DNA of 63,640 nucleotides, filler included, from Olpidium bornovanus S191 (Eukaryota; Fungi; Olpidiomycota): NCBI GenBank assembly GCA_017911155.1. It is 29 parts of 29 records of this genome, joined end to end, with 100 filler letters (N's around TTAATTAATTAA, not from the genome) between each part and the next. Parts side by side here need not be neighbours in the genome. Positions count along the whole stretch, not along the records: positions 23,322 to 25,208 come from JAEFCI010013359.1; positions 25,309 to 27,661 come from JAEFCI010012155.1; positions 27,762 to 34,272 come from JAEFCI010007803.1; positions 34,373 to 35,454 come from JAEFCI010005556.1; 25 more parts are not named here. One strand, 5' to 3'. Shown piece by piece: positions 23,322 to 35,454 of this stretch (position 1 is its first letter; each line of letters starts with the position of its first letter). The notes under the pieces were generated by a model. It saw only the letters and a program-made list of their open reading frames with translations, ran no database searches and was not told where the DNA came from. The position numbers and the translations under genes were made by a program.

Positions 23322-24120
23322 AACCGCCGAAAGGTGCGTAACACGGTGCACTCCTCCGTTGCTGCGGGGGACGACCACGCCGGCGTGCGTCAATTCAAAA
23401 TGCGATATATTATTTTGCCCTCGCGGCTTCACAACGTCCATGGCGCTCCGAGGTAGGCGCCCTCCTGAACGCCATCAACAAAGACTTCGGCTCCCTTGAC
23501 AAGTTCATCAACGATTTCAACGCCGAGGCCGCTGCGGTCCAAGGTTCCGGCTGGGGATGGCTGGTGAGGGGGGGGGGGGGTTTCCCGAGAATCTTGCTAC
23601 TTTTAGACTGCAATACGTCTGCGTTGCAATTATGGCTGACGTGCGCCATGGGGGTATGCCAGGGTTACAACCAGAGGGGGAAGCGTCTGGAAATCGCCAC
23701 GACCCCGAACCAAGACCCTCTGACGCGTAAGCCGTCGTCGTCCTAACCTTTCTCTAAATTTTTCCTCACGTGCATGACTAAATCTGCCAATGTCGGATTT
23801 CGCATTATTCAGATCTGGTCCCCCTCCTTGGAATCGACGTTTGGGAACATGTATGATACGGTTTGCACAGATGTAAGCGTCCTGAACGCCAAGAGGACGG
23901 CTAGCTGACGACGCTGCGTTTCCAGGCGTACTATCTCGACTATAAAAATGCCCGACCCGAATACCTCAAAAATATCTGGGAAGTTGTGAACTGGAAGAAC
24001 GTCGCCGAACGTTACGGTACGTCTTGCTGTGTACCGGATGGTGTCGGATGCTCGAGATTTGCAAGTCCAGTTATCTTAAGCTTCGAGCGTTCGCGTTTTT
24101 GTTCAGCCGAAGCGCAGTGA
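23322..24120 (+). CDS. SOD2: Manganese superoxide dismutase, C-terminal half, multi-exon
   Basis: PPK|[17 protein letters not shown]...VQGSGWGWL|GYNQ...NQDPL|[12 protein letters not shown]|[30 protein letters not shown]|AEAQ*. Contains the DVWEHAYY signature. Confidence 0.96.
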
Positions 24121-24623
24121 AAGCCGCCACTTTTCCGGGCAAGGATTCGCACTGAAATCTGGAACTATCACAAAAAAATTGCTATTACCTTTTGCTGTCC
24201 ACGTATAAAACCTCATTCACGACCATATTCAATGCTGAAGATCGGCCAACGTCGATAACATGAACGACTCTTGGTTCAGCCGTCGCTGGTGGCGCAGAAC
24301 GGTGGATGCCTTCCGGCCGCCCTACCTGGAACCAATGTCACGAAAGGGAGAGTCTAAGCGGTTTTGAAACGTGGATTTCTGAAAAATTAGTGCGGCGTTG
24401 TGGCGGAAAATTCCCGCGACAACGGTTCGGTTGGGATGGCCGCCGGGTACTTTTTTGTGGAAGGGGTTATGTCGGCAATGTTTTCGAGCCGGACGAGAGA
24501 AGAGTCTCTACGTAGTCGATACAAAGCCGTCATGGGGAACGCCAGCGTCGTTCTTTCGCTGTCATGGGGAACGCGAGCATGGGGGGTCGCTCTCTCATCT
24601 CTCTCCCCTTCTTCCCCCCCCCC

Positions 24624-24666
<43 letters not shown>

Positions 24667-24805
24667 CCTTCTCCTCCGCGGCCCGCCCTCGCCCGCCTCC
24701 TTCCCCGCAGGAAGGAAACAGGACAAAAGCCAGCCGGCGGAACCACCCCCGCCGTCTTTCGCAGGCGCACCCCGGCTTTCTGAAAAGCCCCGGCGCAGAG
24801 CAGCA

Positions 24806-25208
24806 ATGTCGCAGCAGCAGCAGCAGCCGCGCTCGCCCGACCAGCCGGAGGAGCCGAAGTCGAAGCGGCCCGCGAGTGCGTCCCAAAGTTCCTCCCTTCC
24901 TCTCCGTTCCGTCACCCCGCGCTTGCGCGATGCAACGGTGCACCGAAAAAAAAAAAGTGGAATGAAAAGGAGGGAAAGGTGCAAGGCGAAAGTCGGGGAA
25001 AGGGTCGCCAGCTGACGGAAAGGGGGGGATCTCCCGGCCGCTCTCTGCCTTCCCCCCCCCTCCTTCTCTTCCCCCGCCCCGCCGCATTCTGTGCACGCGC
25101 GCTCGTTCGCTCGCTCACAGACACCGCCTTCAAGCAGCAGAGGCTCAAGGCATGGCAGCCGATCTTGACGCCGAAGACGGTGCTGCCGACGTTCTTCCTC
25201 GTCGGCGT
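24806..25208 (+). CDS. CDC50: CDC50/LEM3 family P4-ATPase beta subunit, 5' part (exons 24806-24875, 25121-25208)
   Basis: MSQQQQQ...KSKRPA|[29 protein letters not shown] is the family N-terminal signature. Confidence 0.93.
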
Positions 25209-25498
25209 NNNNNNNNNNNNNNNNNNNNNNNNNNNNNNNNNNNNNNNNNNNNTTAATTAATTAANNNNNNNNNNNNNNNNNNNNNNNNNNNNNNNNNNNN
25301 NNNNNNNNCATGAAAATTTCGGTCACGCGCGCGAGTCACGCATCAGAAACAAAAAATAAAACACGCATCAGAAAGAAAATAAATAAAAATGGTCGTCATC
25401 GCCAACCGCGCGCATCGAAACCACGTCGCGCCGGCTGCACGGAAAACGCGCGTCCCCGGAGGGACCACGGCTCTTCAAGGGGTTGAACGCGTGCTCAC

Positions 25499-26995
25499 AT
25501 TCTTTGTTGGCCAGCTTTCGCATCTCCTCCCGCTCGGTTTCATTCAAAGCCCAGCTCTTTGGGGCAGGGGCGACCTTCCCGGCCGCGACCTCGGGAGGAA
25601 CATTCTCGCCGGCGGTGACGGACAGGTCTGCTACCTGGCCCGCGCACGCGTCCACGTCGGACGAGCGCTCCTCGTCCTCCACCCACGGGCACACGTACGA
25701 CAGGTGGTCCAACGGCTCCTGTTCGTTGAGGATTTCTCCGCTGTGGAAACAAAAAAGAGAAAAGAGCTGTAAGCAGAAATTTACTGCGGGGATTTTCCAC
25801 CACCCGTTCGCACACTCCCGAGCAGTGTTTTTTTTTATCTCTCCCTGTCCCTCTCCCCTCTCTCTTCTCTCTGTCTTCCCCACACCTCACCCCTCCAACC
25901 CCCCTTCCCCCTCCCCTTCATCCTTTTTTAATTATATACCCCTTCGGCATTCTCTTTTCCTTTGATCCTTCGGGTATTTTCCGCCTTCATTTCCTCCATT
26001 ACCCCATCCAACAGATCATTCGCCGCCGACAAACAATCGGGAGAACTTTACGGGGCACGCACGCACATGTAGTAGTCTCCGCTGAATTTCCGGTCTTCGG
26101 CACGCGTCCGCTCGCTGCGCCTCGACGCGGGCGTGGAGTGCTCCGGATCGTCCAGCTCCATGACTTCGTTGCCGGCTTCTCTGAAGTGCGCCAACACCCC
26201 CGAATACTGGTCGTTGAACCCGTACGACGCGGTCCCGGTCGGGTTGACCTTCGGGGTTTGGGGGTGGGGGGCGCCGGGAACCCGCGGGTGAGCGAACGCG
26301 GGCACCCTCCCGCTCGCAGATTGGTATTCTTCTTCCTCTTCTTTTCTTCCTTGGCTTTCGTGCTCACCTCCTCGGGATCTATTTCCTGCGGAAGCTGCCA
26401 GTCGAAATCGGCGACTGGTTGGGAGTGTGGACGGAGATCGCATCAAGGAAGCGCGCGGTGGGGAGGGGGCCCGGTTATGGTCAGCGTAGGGGTCGCGTCT
26501 CGGAAACCCGCTCCCCGCGGTCGGTGTTTCCCCCTTTCCCCCTTCGCGGCGCCCGAACCGCCACGCACACTCCTCGCTCCGCAGGACGTCCAGGGTCGAC
26601 CCGCCGCTCCCGAGGACCTGGACGAGCGGGGTGGGCGCCGTACCCGGGCCCGGGCCCGCCGGCGGCGCCCTCCTGGAGGGAGCCAGCAGCTTCGTCAGCA
26701 AGTCGAGGGCCGGGAAGTGCTCGGCGGGGTCGGCCTTGGGGAGCACCACGGTGAACCGGCCCTCGTCGACGTCGTAGGACGCGGACGCCCGCTCGTCCTC
26801 GACAACCTCCCCCGGGAGGGTGAGGCTGAGGAAGAAGGGCCTGGCGTGGAACTTAACCTGGCGGCCGTCGACCGCCAGCTCCACCTGCTGCGCCCTGACG
26901 TGCGGCGCGCGCACCCTCAGGATCACGAACCCGCGGCCGGGGGCCCAGGGTCCCTCCTCGTCCTGAGACACCGTGAAGTCCGGGGTGATGAACAT
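25499..26995 (-). CDS. SHQ1: H/ACA snoRNP assembly factor SHQ1, 5' part, multi-exon
   Basis: MFITPDFTVSQDEE...FHARPFFLSLTLPGEVVEDERASASYD...LPK...EHFPALDLLTKLLAP (CS domain), followed by YGFNDQYSG...RRSERTRAEDRKF. Confidence 0.88.
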
Positions 26996-27170
26996 TTTTA
27001 TTTATTCTTTTGGATTTTTTCGTTCTTTTTTTTTGTTTCTTTTTTTTTTTTTTTGTATGGCTCGGGGGGGTCCCCCTGGGGATTTCCTGCGCTTTTTTTT
27101 TTTTTTTTTTTTTGTTTTGGCGCGGGGCGGGGAGTGTGTCGGTCACCCGTCCCAAACAAAAAAAGGGTGA

Positions 27171-27182
27171 GGTCACGTGACC
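27171..27182. promoter_or_regulatory. Perfect palindrome GGTCACGTGACC (bHLH, Cbf1/USF-type E-box) about 180 bp upstream of SHQ1
   Basis: The motif is seen directly. TCACGTGAC also occurs near 48733, 56850 and 58815. Function is inferred only. Confidence 0.3.
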
Positions 27183-27319
27183 ATGCGAGCGAGAAAAGAA
27201 GAAATAGAAAAGGATTTTTTAAGCCATTTCTTTTTTTTTTTGTTGGTCCTCTTCGCGCCAAAGAGCCCCTTTTTTTGCATTTTGAGATCCGCTTCTCTCG
27301 CTCTCTCTCCTCTTCTCCT

Positions 27320-27346
27320 GCACCCGCGCGGGGAAGAGCGAGAGAG

Positions 27347-27386
<40 letters not shown>

Positions 27387-27445
27387 GGAGAGAAAGAGAT
27401 AGAGATAGAGATAGAGAGAGAGAGAGAGAGGGAGAGAGAGACAGA
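27320..27445. repeat. (AG)n microsatellite tract
   Basis: Long imperfect GA dinucleotide run. Confidence 0.9.
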
Positions 27446-27807
27446 GGCAGAGGGGGTGTCCGTCCGGTCGCTCGGGTTTCCCCTTCCCCTTGTCGCGAAT
27501 CGCGCGCGCGCACGCGGCGCGGGCCGCGGGAAACGCGCCACCCCCGCGGGCGCAAGCAAAAAAAGAAGAAAAAAAAAAAAAACGCACGCAAACGCTCCTC
27601 CCTTCCTCGCATCCCGGATTCCAGGCAAAAAATTTAAATTAAAAACAAAAAGAGGGAGAAANNNNNNNNNNNNNNNNNNNNNNNNNNNNNNNNNNNNNNN
27701 NNNNNTTAATTAATTAANNNNNNNNNNNNNNNNNNNNNNNNNNNNNNNNNNNNNNNNNNNNCATGCGGGAGAAACAAAGTAACGCGCGCTAAACCGGCAA
27801 AGCAAAC

Positions 27808-29792
27808 CTTCAGCAATTTCCCGGACTTTTTCGCCAACAGGTCCATAAAGTCCTCGGGGCTCTCAAAGTCCTCAAGGTCGTACGTTCGGAGGAGGTATTC
27901 TTTTTTTACCCGTTTGATCACATCCGCGATATGATCTTCGGGCTGCTTGATGTTCTCGACACGAAGCACACCCTTGAGTACGATGTCCGTCTCGGTGTCT
28001 TCAGGACTGGAATGGACGACTCCGGGGCAGTCGATGAGGTATATCCGTTTCATGAGGGTTATGTACTGCCACACCTTCGTCTCTCCGGGGATAGGTGCAA
28101 CGTTGCACACCTTCTTGCTGCGAAGGGTGTTGATAATTGACGACTTGCCCGTGTTGGGATAGCCCACACAGCCGACGGATATCTGTTTCTTGTCGGAGTG
28201 CAACTTGCTGAACTGCCGGAGCAGCTGGATGAGCGAACCCTTTCCGAAAGAGTTCTTTATGGAAGCGTGGAAAGCGATCGTCGGATGATCTTCGGACAGA
28301 ACCTGGACCCATCGCGCCTGTAGAGTATAGCGGCACCAATTCAGTTGCATGATCCACTTTTTCAAACCTCGGTCAAAATTTCGGAAGCCGACTCGGTCCT
28401 ACCGTGACCCATGTTGGCACGAGGTCGCACTTGTTTAGAACAAATACAAGGTGTTTATGCTTCGCCTCGCTTTTCAAATACGTCTCGACGTTACGGCAGC
28501 GCGTGCCCAGCGGGGCCCGAGCGTCAAGGACATGCAAGATCACGTCGGAGGAATCGATGACTTTATAAAGTTCGCCCCAAATCCGTTTCGACTGCCCCTT
28601 CTCTAGACTTCGGTCCTTCAGCTCCAAAACGGAGTCAGGGTTTTGGGCGTTCAGGTCAACGTCCTTAACTTCCTGGTAGTTCCCTGAAACCATTGCCACG
28701 GCGTATTAAAGCGATTGTCAGCAGCCAAACCAGGACGCCGGCAAACCACCAGATAGACCGTAGCTACGCGACTCGGTACAGGAATATAACGAGCACAGGT
28801 GGCGATACCGTGGAGCCAACGATACCGCCATACGACATTGCGGGAGCTGGGGAAACCAACCTAATTTATCATCTGCGTCCGCGGCCAGCTCCTCCAAGCT
28901 CCCGGCTAACAGCTTCGGCCGTTTCCGCTGCGCTTTCGGACCGTACGTCGAACCAAAGCTCTCCGTATCTAGCATGTGCACCCGAGAAGCCTTGGTCCTG
29001 TCCACCAGCAGGTCCATCGGCAGTTTATTCTGCCGCATCACCACCTGGTAAGGGTCGTGGACCTTGGTACTCAGCGCCGCCCGGAACTCATCCAACGCCT
29101 TTTGGCTTATAACTCTCGTATTGCCTAATCAAGACGCCCAGGGAAGTCAATGAGACGACGCCTGCACCGCTAAAACAATTTCCGGTGCACGTCCACCCAC
29201 CGAACCACTTCATGTTCGGCGCTACGCGGCCAGGCTTAGCCTCCGTCGACTGGAACTCCGCGGCCTTGATTATCTTCCCCTTCGCGTCGCGGATTGGTTT
29301 GCCACCCTTCAGCATGTTGACCTGCCGGACCTTTTTCTTTTCCCTGGAACGCCGTTGCATGCAAAACCAGCAGAGGCGTCAGTTACCGGCCCACTCGCTC
29401 TGCAGCTCGCAGACGCTTCGCAGGGGCGACGCGGTGCGCACACTACTGGAGTGTCGCGGCACAGCGGTGCGTGGAGGTTCCTAGCCAATGGCGTAGGATT
29501 TTGCGCAGGCCAGCCCACGGATGGCCACACGTAATCCGGGGAAAGCGGGGTCGGTTTTGTGCGGTTCTCGCTGCTCCACGGGGGCCACGTGCGGCGCGCA
29601 AACGTGGCGGCGAGCCCGCGGAGGCAGACGAAGGGGACGGAGGAGGGGAATAAGGGGAAGGGAGGGGCGGGCGCATCCTCCTCTCCGTTACCTGTAGAAG
29701 TTCTCGCCCTTGAGCCTGGTGTTGGCAGGGGCGGCGGGGGCGCCGGACGCGCCGCCCGCGCGCCTGCTCTTCTCCGTCTTGCCTTTGCCCAT
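27808..29792 (-). CDS. NOG2: Nucleolar GTP-binding protein 2, 5' part, multi-exon
   Basis: [11 protein letters not shown]...RLKGENFYR; [28 protein letters not shown]; [20 protein letters not shown]; [22 protein letters not shown]...[14 protein letters not shown]...[27 protein letters not shown]. Confidence 0.97.
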
Positions 29793-30231
29793 TTCCCGCT
29801 TCCTGGTTCGTGTCCGGCTGGGCAGGGGTGCGCGGTCGTTAATTGGAGTTTGGGGGGGGGAGGTGGAGTGCGTCCGGCGTGTGTGCGGAACGGGAGAGGG
29901 AGAGGCGGGCGGCAGGAAAACGAGAAGAGGGGGGAGAGCGGCGACCGGCAGGCGGCGGTGCAGCGCAACGACGGCCAACCCCGAGAGACGGAAAACGGAG
30001 AGCGCACCGGCTCGAATACGGGACTCCAATGATCGGCGTGGAATTTCTATCCGGATCTAGCCTTCTTATTCCTAACAAAACTACGGGATGCGATAGGCGG
30101 GCAATCATCCTCGGCGCGCGATCGCACACGCAGTCGGTCTCCTTTCTTTCCCCTTTTATTATTCTGCATTACCTCATTGCGCGTGCCTAGCTCCTATGGT
30201 CACCTCTATCAATGCGTCTCTGGTTTGTTGT

Positions 30232-30474
30232 TCAGAGTGATCTGACGGTTTCATCACGATCGCGAATTCCTACCATCTCTTGGAACTTGAAACTCTCTTG
30301 AGGGGTTTGGTTAGCAAGTCGGACGGGTTCAACTGCACTCGATACCTGACGTACTTCCTCACTTCCTTCGTCAGCGCCTCCTCTCAGGTGATGGAACTTG
30401 ATGTCGACGTGTTTCAATCGACGTAGGACCTTGACGCTGGATGCCAGTTCCGCCGGTCTATTGTTATCTATCAT
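30232..30474 (-). mobile_element. Ty1/copia RNase H C-terminal half
   Basis: IDNNRPAELASSVKVLRRLKHVDIKFHHLR...VSSAVEPVRLANQTPQESFKFQEMVGI (compare DNQSAI.LA......RTKHIDIRYHFIR). Confidence 0.8.
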
Positions 30475-30475
30475 G

Positions 30476-30975
30476 AGGAGTGTGGCTGCTCAAATTGCGC
30501 CAGAGGTTTGGCATTCTGTTGTTTACATCTATAACCGTTCGCCCCATTCCATGGGAACCTTTCGCTCGCCATCATTGACTGTGCTAACCATCTCAAAACT
30601 AAATCTTTTTCATTTACACGTTATTGGTTGTTACGTAATCTCACACGTTTTAAAGTACCTGTGATCTCACAGATTTTTTTCTACCAGGGAAAAGCTCGTT
30701 CTCATCGGTTACAGTGACACGTCCAAATGATATCGCTTCTGGAGCCCTTTCAACGACTCCATACTTGAACGGTCTTATTATCGTCGTCTTCCTCAAAAAT
30801 CAAACCTACGACCCGGCCCATTGGGATCATTGAGACTCTTTTGCCAACATCGACGCCCCCGTAAATGAGATCTTTGCTGGCGACCGCAGCGAATTTGAAA
30901 TCGAGAAATTCCTTTGATCACCACCGGTTCCAGTCAAAGGTTATGAGTTCCTCGTCAAATGGAAGGGCTATCCGT
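30476..30975 (+). mobile_element. Ty1/copia integrase end, SH3 and chromodomain (second copy)
   Basis: MRSVAAQIAPEVWHSVVYIYNRSPHS; LHVIGC; EKLVLIGYSDTSK*YRFWSP; VVFLKNQTYDPA...SEFEIEKFL/DHHR/KGYEFLVKWKGYP. Confidence 0.8.
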
Positions 30976-30999
30976 TATTTGCTTGGCGTTGTTAGCTGA

Positions 31000-31450
31000 T
31001 TCTTGCTTTATCGGCATCAGTCATGTTGGTACATTGGGTCCTGAGATGCCCACGCTGTTTGCAGAAGCAGCACACAACCTCCAACAAAGGAATAAATTTA
31101 CCTGCATTTGCCATTTGCTTTGCAATTGGTGTTTGTCGGGTTGGTTAAGCTCAAATTTTTTTGGGTGTTCTGCACATTACCCGTGTTGGTGTTGCTCTTC
31201 GCTTGATTGCTCTGAAGCAAACGCTAGCTTTGCGCGAACTACTGGTAAACATCCCGCATGTGTTTCAAGGTTAGTGGTTCTTTGAACAAAATGTGAGATT
31301 TGTCTTCCTGCGGCAAACCACTTTTCGGAAACTGCCATCCAGGTCGGCAAATCGCGTTCTTTCTCATCGAACTGACTGAGAAGTGCGATGAAGCCATCAT
31401 TGTAGCCTGCAATGCTGTTGTAATTCAAGAAGAAAAAAGAGGCGAGTCAC
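31000..31450 (-). mobile_element. Ty1/copia gag fragment with CCHC zinc knuckle
   Basis: NYNSIAGYNDGFIALLSQF..., and a CX2CX4HX4C knuckle CCFCKQRGHLRTQC at 31031-31072. Confidence 0.75.
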
Positions 31451-32177
31451 TCCCGAACTTTTTTTATGTGAAAAGCAGGGTAGAAGCATTTTCGGAGTGC
31501 CTTTTCGAGCTGAGGCCACGTCGTGAACCCGCACAGCGGCAGGCGGGGGCGCGGTCGCAAGGGCGCAGGCAGAGGCGGGCGCGGTCGCGAAGGCGCAGGC
31601 GATGGCGTAGGGCCGCTTTGGTCTCAAACCTCTTGCCCTTTGTAGACGGTTAAGCATTACGTTGGGCGCTAACTATGAGGTTTTTAGGTGACGCCATAAA
31701 TGAATGAAATATGAATTGACTATGGAAGAAAAGAAGCTCAACGTCTGTTCCCTTCCCCCCTCCATCCCCACCTCCAAATAAAACAATTCCGGCAAAGCCT
31801 GCCGTCGCAAAAACCCCACGAAGTCCCTTCGCACAGTTTCAGGAGAGTTGATTCGGCAGGAGAGCGAAAGTTCGGTCACGATCGAATTTCGCTCTTCTAA
31901 AAAAGACAGCCGCTCACAAAGGATGGAGGGGGATGACTAAGGCGACGACGACAGCGCGGCGTGGGGGAGTTCGCGGTGGACTGCTCAGCGAAGCGTATTT
32001 TGCCCAAATACGCTTTTGCCTGCTGAAATACGCCTCCGGCAGCGCTGATGTGATATTGCAAATACGCGTGTTCTCGTTGGGCGAATTTCGTTGTGGTACG
32101 CCTCGAGGAAAATTTTTTTCTGGCTTCTCGTTTCTGCTCCCCCGCACGAACGGAAACCAGCGCGGAGAGGCGTCGCC

Positions 32178-34272
32178 ATGGAAGCATCCCCACCAGCGCG
32201 CAACTCCCCCGTCGCCAATCGCAACCCCGGTGGTCCCGGCGGCGGCGGGCTCGGGCCGCAGACGGTTTGCGTGCGTTGCTCCCTCGGTTCGCGCGCCGTC
32301 CGGGGGCGAGCCGTCCCCCACAGGTTTAGCTGAACAGGGGGTGCCGCTTGCGTCCGCGCGTTTGCGCAGGCTGTCGTCGGAGGCTGCGGACATGTCGGTC
32401 GGCACGTGGCGCTGCGCCTCATAACAGAAGGCGTGAAGAATGTCCGCCTCCTGGACGCGGACCCGAAGGCATTGATCTGTGCTGATGACGAGGACGAAAC
32501 GACCGCGCCGTCGAAGGCGCGCCTCCGCGAGCTTGAGAAGCAAGGGCGCGTGACGGTGGCAACTTGCAACGTCTCAGAGCCCGGTGAGCTGGCGGAAGGA
32601 GTGGATGGATGCTCGGTGGTGTTTTACTGCGACGAACGAGGAAAGTGCGTCGTTTCTGTCTTCTTCGAAGGCTTTTGCGTTGGCGCAGTCGATTCTGCGC
32701 AGTGCTCGCCGGCAGATTGGTTTTGATGACCTACCGCAGGGTTCATCCGTACCCTTACGCAAAAGGACCGCTCGAGACCAGCTGGACGCCCTCGGGAACA
32801 AAACTGTCGACGTCCTTGGTGTGAAAAACGCGCTCGCTGGTAGGCAGAACTCGGAACGGGGCCGTCTGTTCGCTGTCAAATACATATCGTTCTGCTCAAC
32901 GGCCGAGTGCGCTCGGTTTCGACGTGACAGCGTGTATGGAGAAAGGGGTAGCACGGTTTGTCTTTACATCAACGTGCAACACAGTGTTCACCGGAGTTCC
33001 AATTCAGGTTAGAGCTTTGTCTGAGTTGCCTGAGTTGACAATCCCTCCACGCCAGCTAACGGGGTTGGGCGGCTCATTTCAGTACGGCAACGAAGCAATC
33101 TCCGTACCCCACCCGAACAAAAACATTGACAACTATACGCGAAATAAGGTCGGCGGATATATATAATTGGCTCTTTGTCGTCGCCGCTTATTACCCATCT
33201 CCGCGAACATAAGGCTTCCGGGGTCTGATAGGCAATTGCGGAAGAATTGGTGCTTGGAGCTTCGTCGAAAACGTTGGGAACATGCGTTTTGAGGTGTGCC
33301 GAGGTCTACGGCGACGAGGAGGAGGAGCTCCGGCAAAGGATCCTGTGCGTATACTGTTCCGAGGAGGAACGTGTTGTCTCGTCATCGATTATCTGCCGCG
33401 TATTGATACGCGGTGTTGGACAGGGCTTTGATCGTCAACGGGATGGTCTGCGTCCGCTGGGGTGAAAGAAACGCGCTGGCGGATTTCGTTCACGTGGACA
33501 ACGTCGCCTTGGCCCATGTGTTGGCGGCGAAGGCTCTTCACTGCGGTGACAGCGTTGTTTCGGGACAAGCGTACTTCATCACGGACGACCTAGTGAGTCT
33601 CAGCGTGATCCGTGTTTTCCGACCTAAAGATCAAGTCTCTGACAGGGCCTGCGGAAGCCGATGAATTTCTTTGCGTTCGTCCGCCCGTTGTTGGAGGCCA
33701 CCGGGATGCCGCTTCCGCGGTTGCGCCTACCCGTTGAAATCATGATCATTGTCGCGCAGTCCTGCCAATGGGTATGGCGCACATTCGGGAGGCTCATTCC
33801 TCTTCCTGTGCCGTTGCTGCCCTCGGAAGTTTTAAAATGCGTGAGTCCAACAGCTTGAGAATGCCGATGCCGCTGTTCCGCCTTGCATCCGCGTTTTGTC
33901 CAATTGCGTGACGTTGGCGCGCGCGCCGGAAACACCCGTCTCGCCAGGGCGTTTCGCATTTTTTCTCGATCGAGAAAGCCCGCAAGCACCTCGGGTACGC
34001 GCCGCTGTTCAATTCGAAGGAAGGGATGAACCGAGTTCTCGCGCAATACAGGAGGTTCGGGCTCGTGACGGGCAAAGGCGACGCGGGCGAAGGCGATCCC
34101 GAAGAGGGCCCTGCCGCGGCGGCCGGGGCGGTACGGCGCAGCAAAATCAAGCGTCTTCGGCGGGAAACAATTCCGTACTTGCGGATATGCGTTTCGTTGT
34201 GCGCGCTCGCAATTGCCGCCTGGCTCGTGTTCCCGCTCAGTCTGAAATGGTCCCCGCGCGAGGAAATCATGG
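32178..34272 (+). CDS. 3-beta-hydroxysteroid dehydrogenase-family extended SDR (SDR42E1-like), multi-exon, 3' truncated
   Basis: AVVGGCGHVG (Rossmann), FVFTST, YTRNK (YxxxK), VYG, DFVHVDNVALAHVLAAKAL...SGQAYFITD, PMNFFAFVRPLLEATG, GVSHFFSIEKARKHLGY, then a C-terminal hydrophobic helix. Confidence 0.85.
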
Positions 34273-34397
34273 NNNNNNNNNNNNNNNNNNNNNNNNNNNN
34301 NNNNNNNNNNNNNNNNTTAATTAATTAANNNNNNNNNNNNNNNNNNNNNNNNNNNNNNNNNNNNNNNNNNNNCGCCTCCGACAGGGAGGTCGACCGC

Positions 34398-35454
34398 ATG
34401 CCGCCGCTCGCGCGGGACGTCGTGAGCCGTAACAGCTACCTCCGGCGGGAGAGCGACGGGGTGCACAGGGAGTGCCGCGCCGTGTGCGAGTACATCGAGG
34501 CGCTCGAGTGCCGGAACGTCGAGCTCGTGGCCGGCACGTCGTTCCCCGTCGACTGGAACTTCGGCGGCCTGATCGACGTGGAAGAGCTCGAGCGCGGGGC
34601 GAAAACGGCCGAGGCGCTAGAGGCGGCGGCGGCGGCGGCGGCGGCGGGTTCGACCGCGTGGAACGCGCTGGCGTATTTGGGCGGCGGCAACGAGGGTTGG
34701 GGGACGGACGAGGACGAGGGCGGGGTGGACAGGGACGGGGTCGGGGTCGGGGTCGACGACGGGGGGGACGAGGAGGAGGAGGCAAGAAGCGCGCACGGCG
34801 TCCCCGGCGAGGACGATACGGCCGACACGCCGCCGCCGAAACTGCGGAGGACCCACAGCGAGCGGAGCTCGAAGACGTCGTCGGCAGCGGGTAGCGGCGG
34901 CGGCTGCGCGCCTAAAACTTTCCCGCCAACGAGACCGCCGTCCGGGGCCGGCCCCGCTCTGTCGAGGTTATCGTCCGCCTGCTCCAAAGGCTCGTCGACG
35001 ACGGCCTTGCCGTTGCCGGAGGGAACGCCGCCGCCGCCGCTCAGCCCTCCCCGGAGCAGGTCGGCGACGGGAGCGGGTTCCGGGGCGCGGTCGGGGCCGG
35101 CGCCGGCGCCGAAGCTGCCCCGGAACCCGTTCCCGCCGGGCAGCGCGCCGCGGCGGCCGGGCGGCGGCAGCTCCGCGGGGAAATCGGCTCCGGGCCCTCC
35201 GCCCCCCTCCGTCCCGGTTCTCCCCCCACTGCGGCCTCACCGCGCCGCCGCCGGGCCCTCCGGCGGCGCCGCCGCTCCTCCGGGCGCCAAATTCCCCGGC
35301 GACGCCTCGGTCGGTCCGCTGCGGGTCCTGCGGGCCCCGCGCACGCTGACGCCGTCGGCGCTGCTGCGCGACGAGGAGGCGGAGAACGCGCGCACCGCCC
35401 GGGGCGCCGGCGGCGGCGTGGTCGTCGCCGGGACGAGGAAGCCGGTCTCCCGCG
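34398..35454 (+). CDS. Hypothetical GC-rich, Pro/Gly/Ala-rich ORF spanning the whole contig
   Basis: Uninterrupted frame of about 350 codons. The N-terminal part looks folded (VHRECRAVCEYIEALECRNVELVAGTSFPVDWNFGG); no family recognised. Confidence 0.35.
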
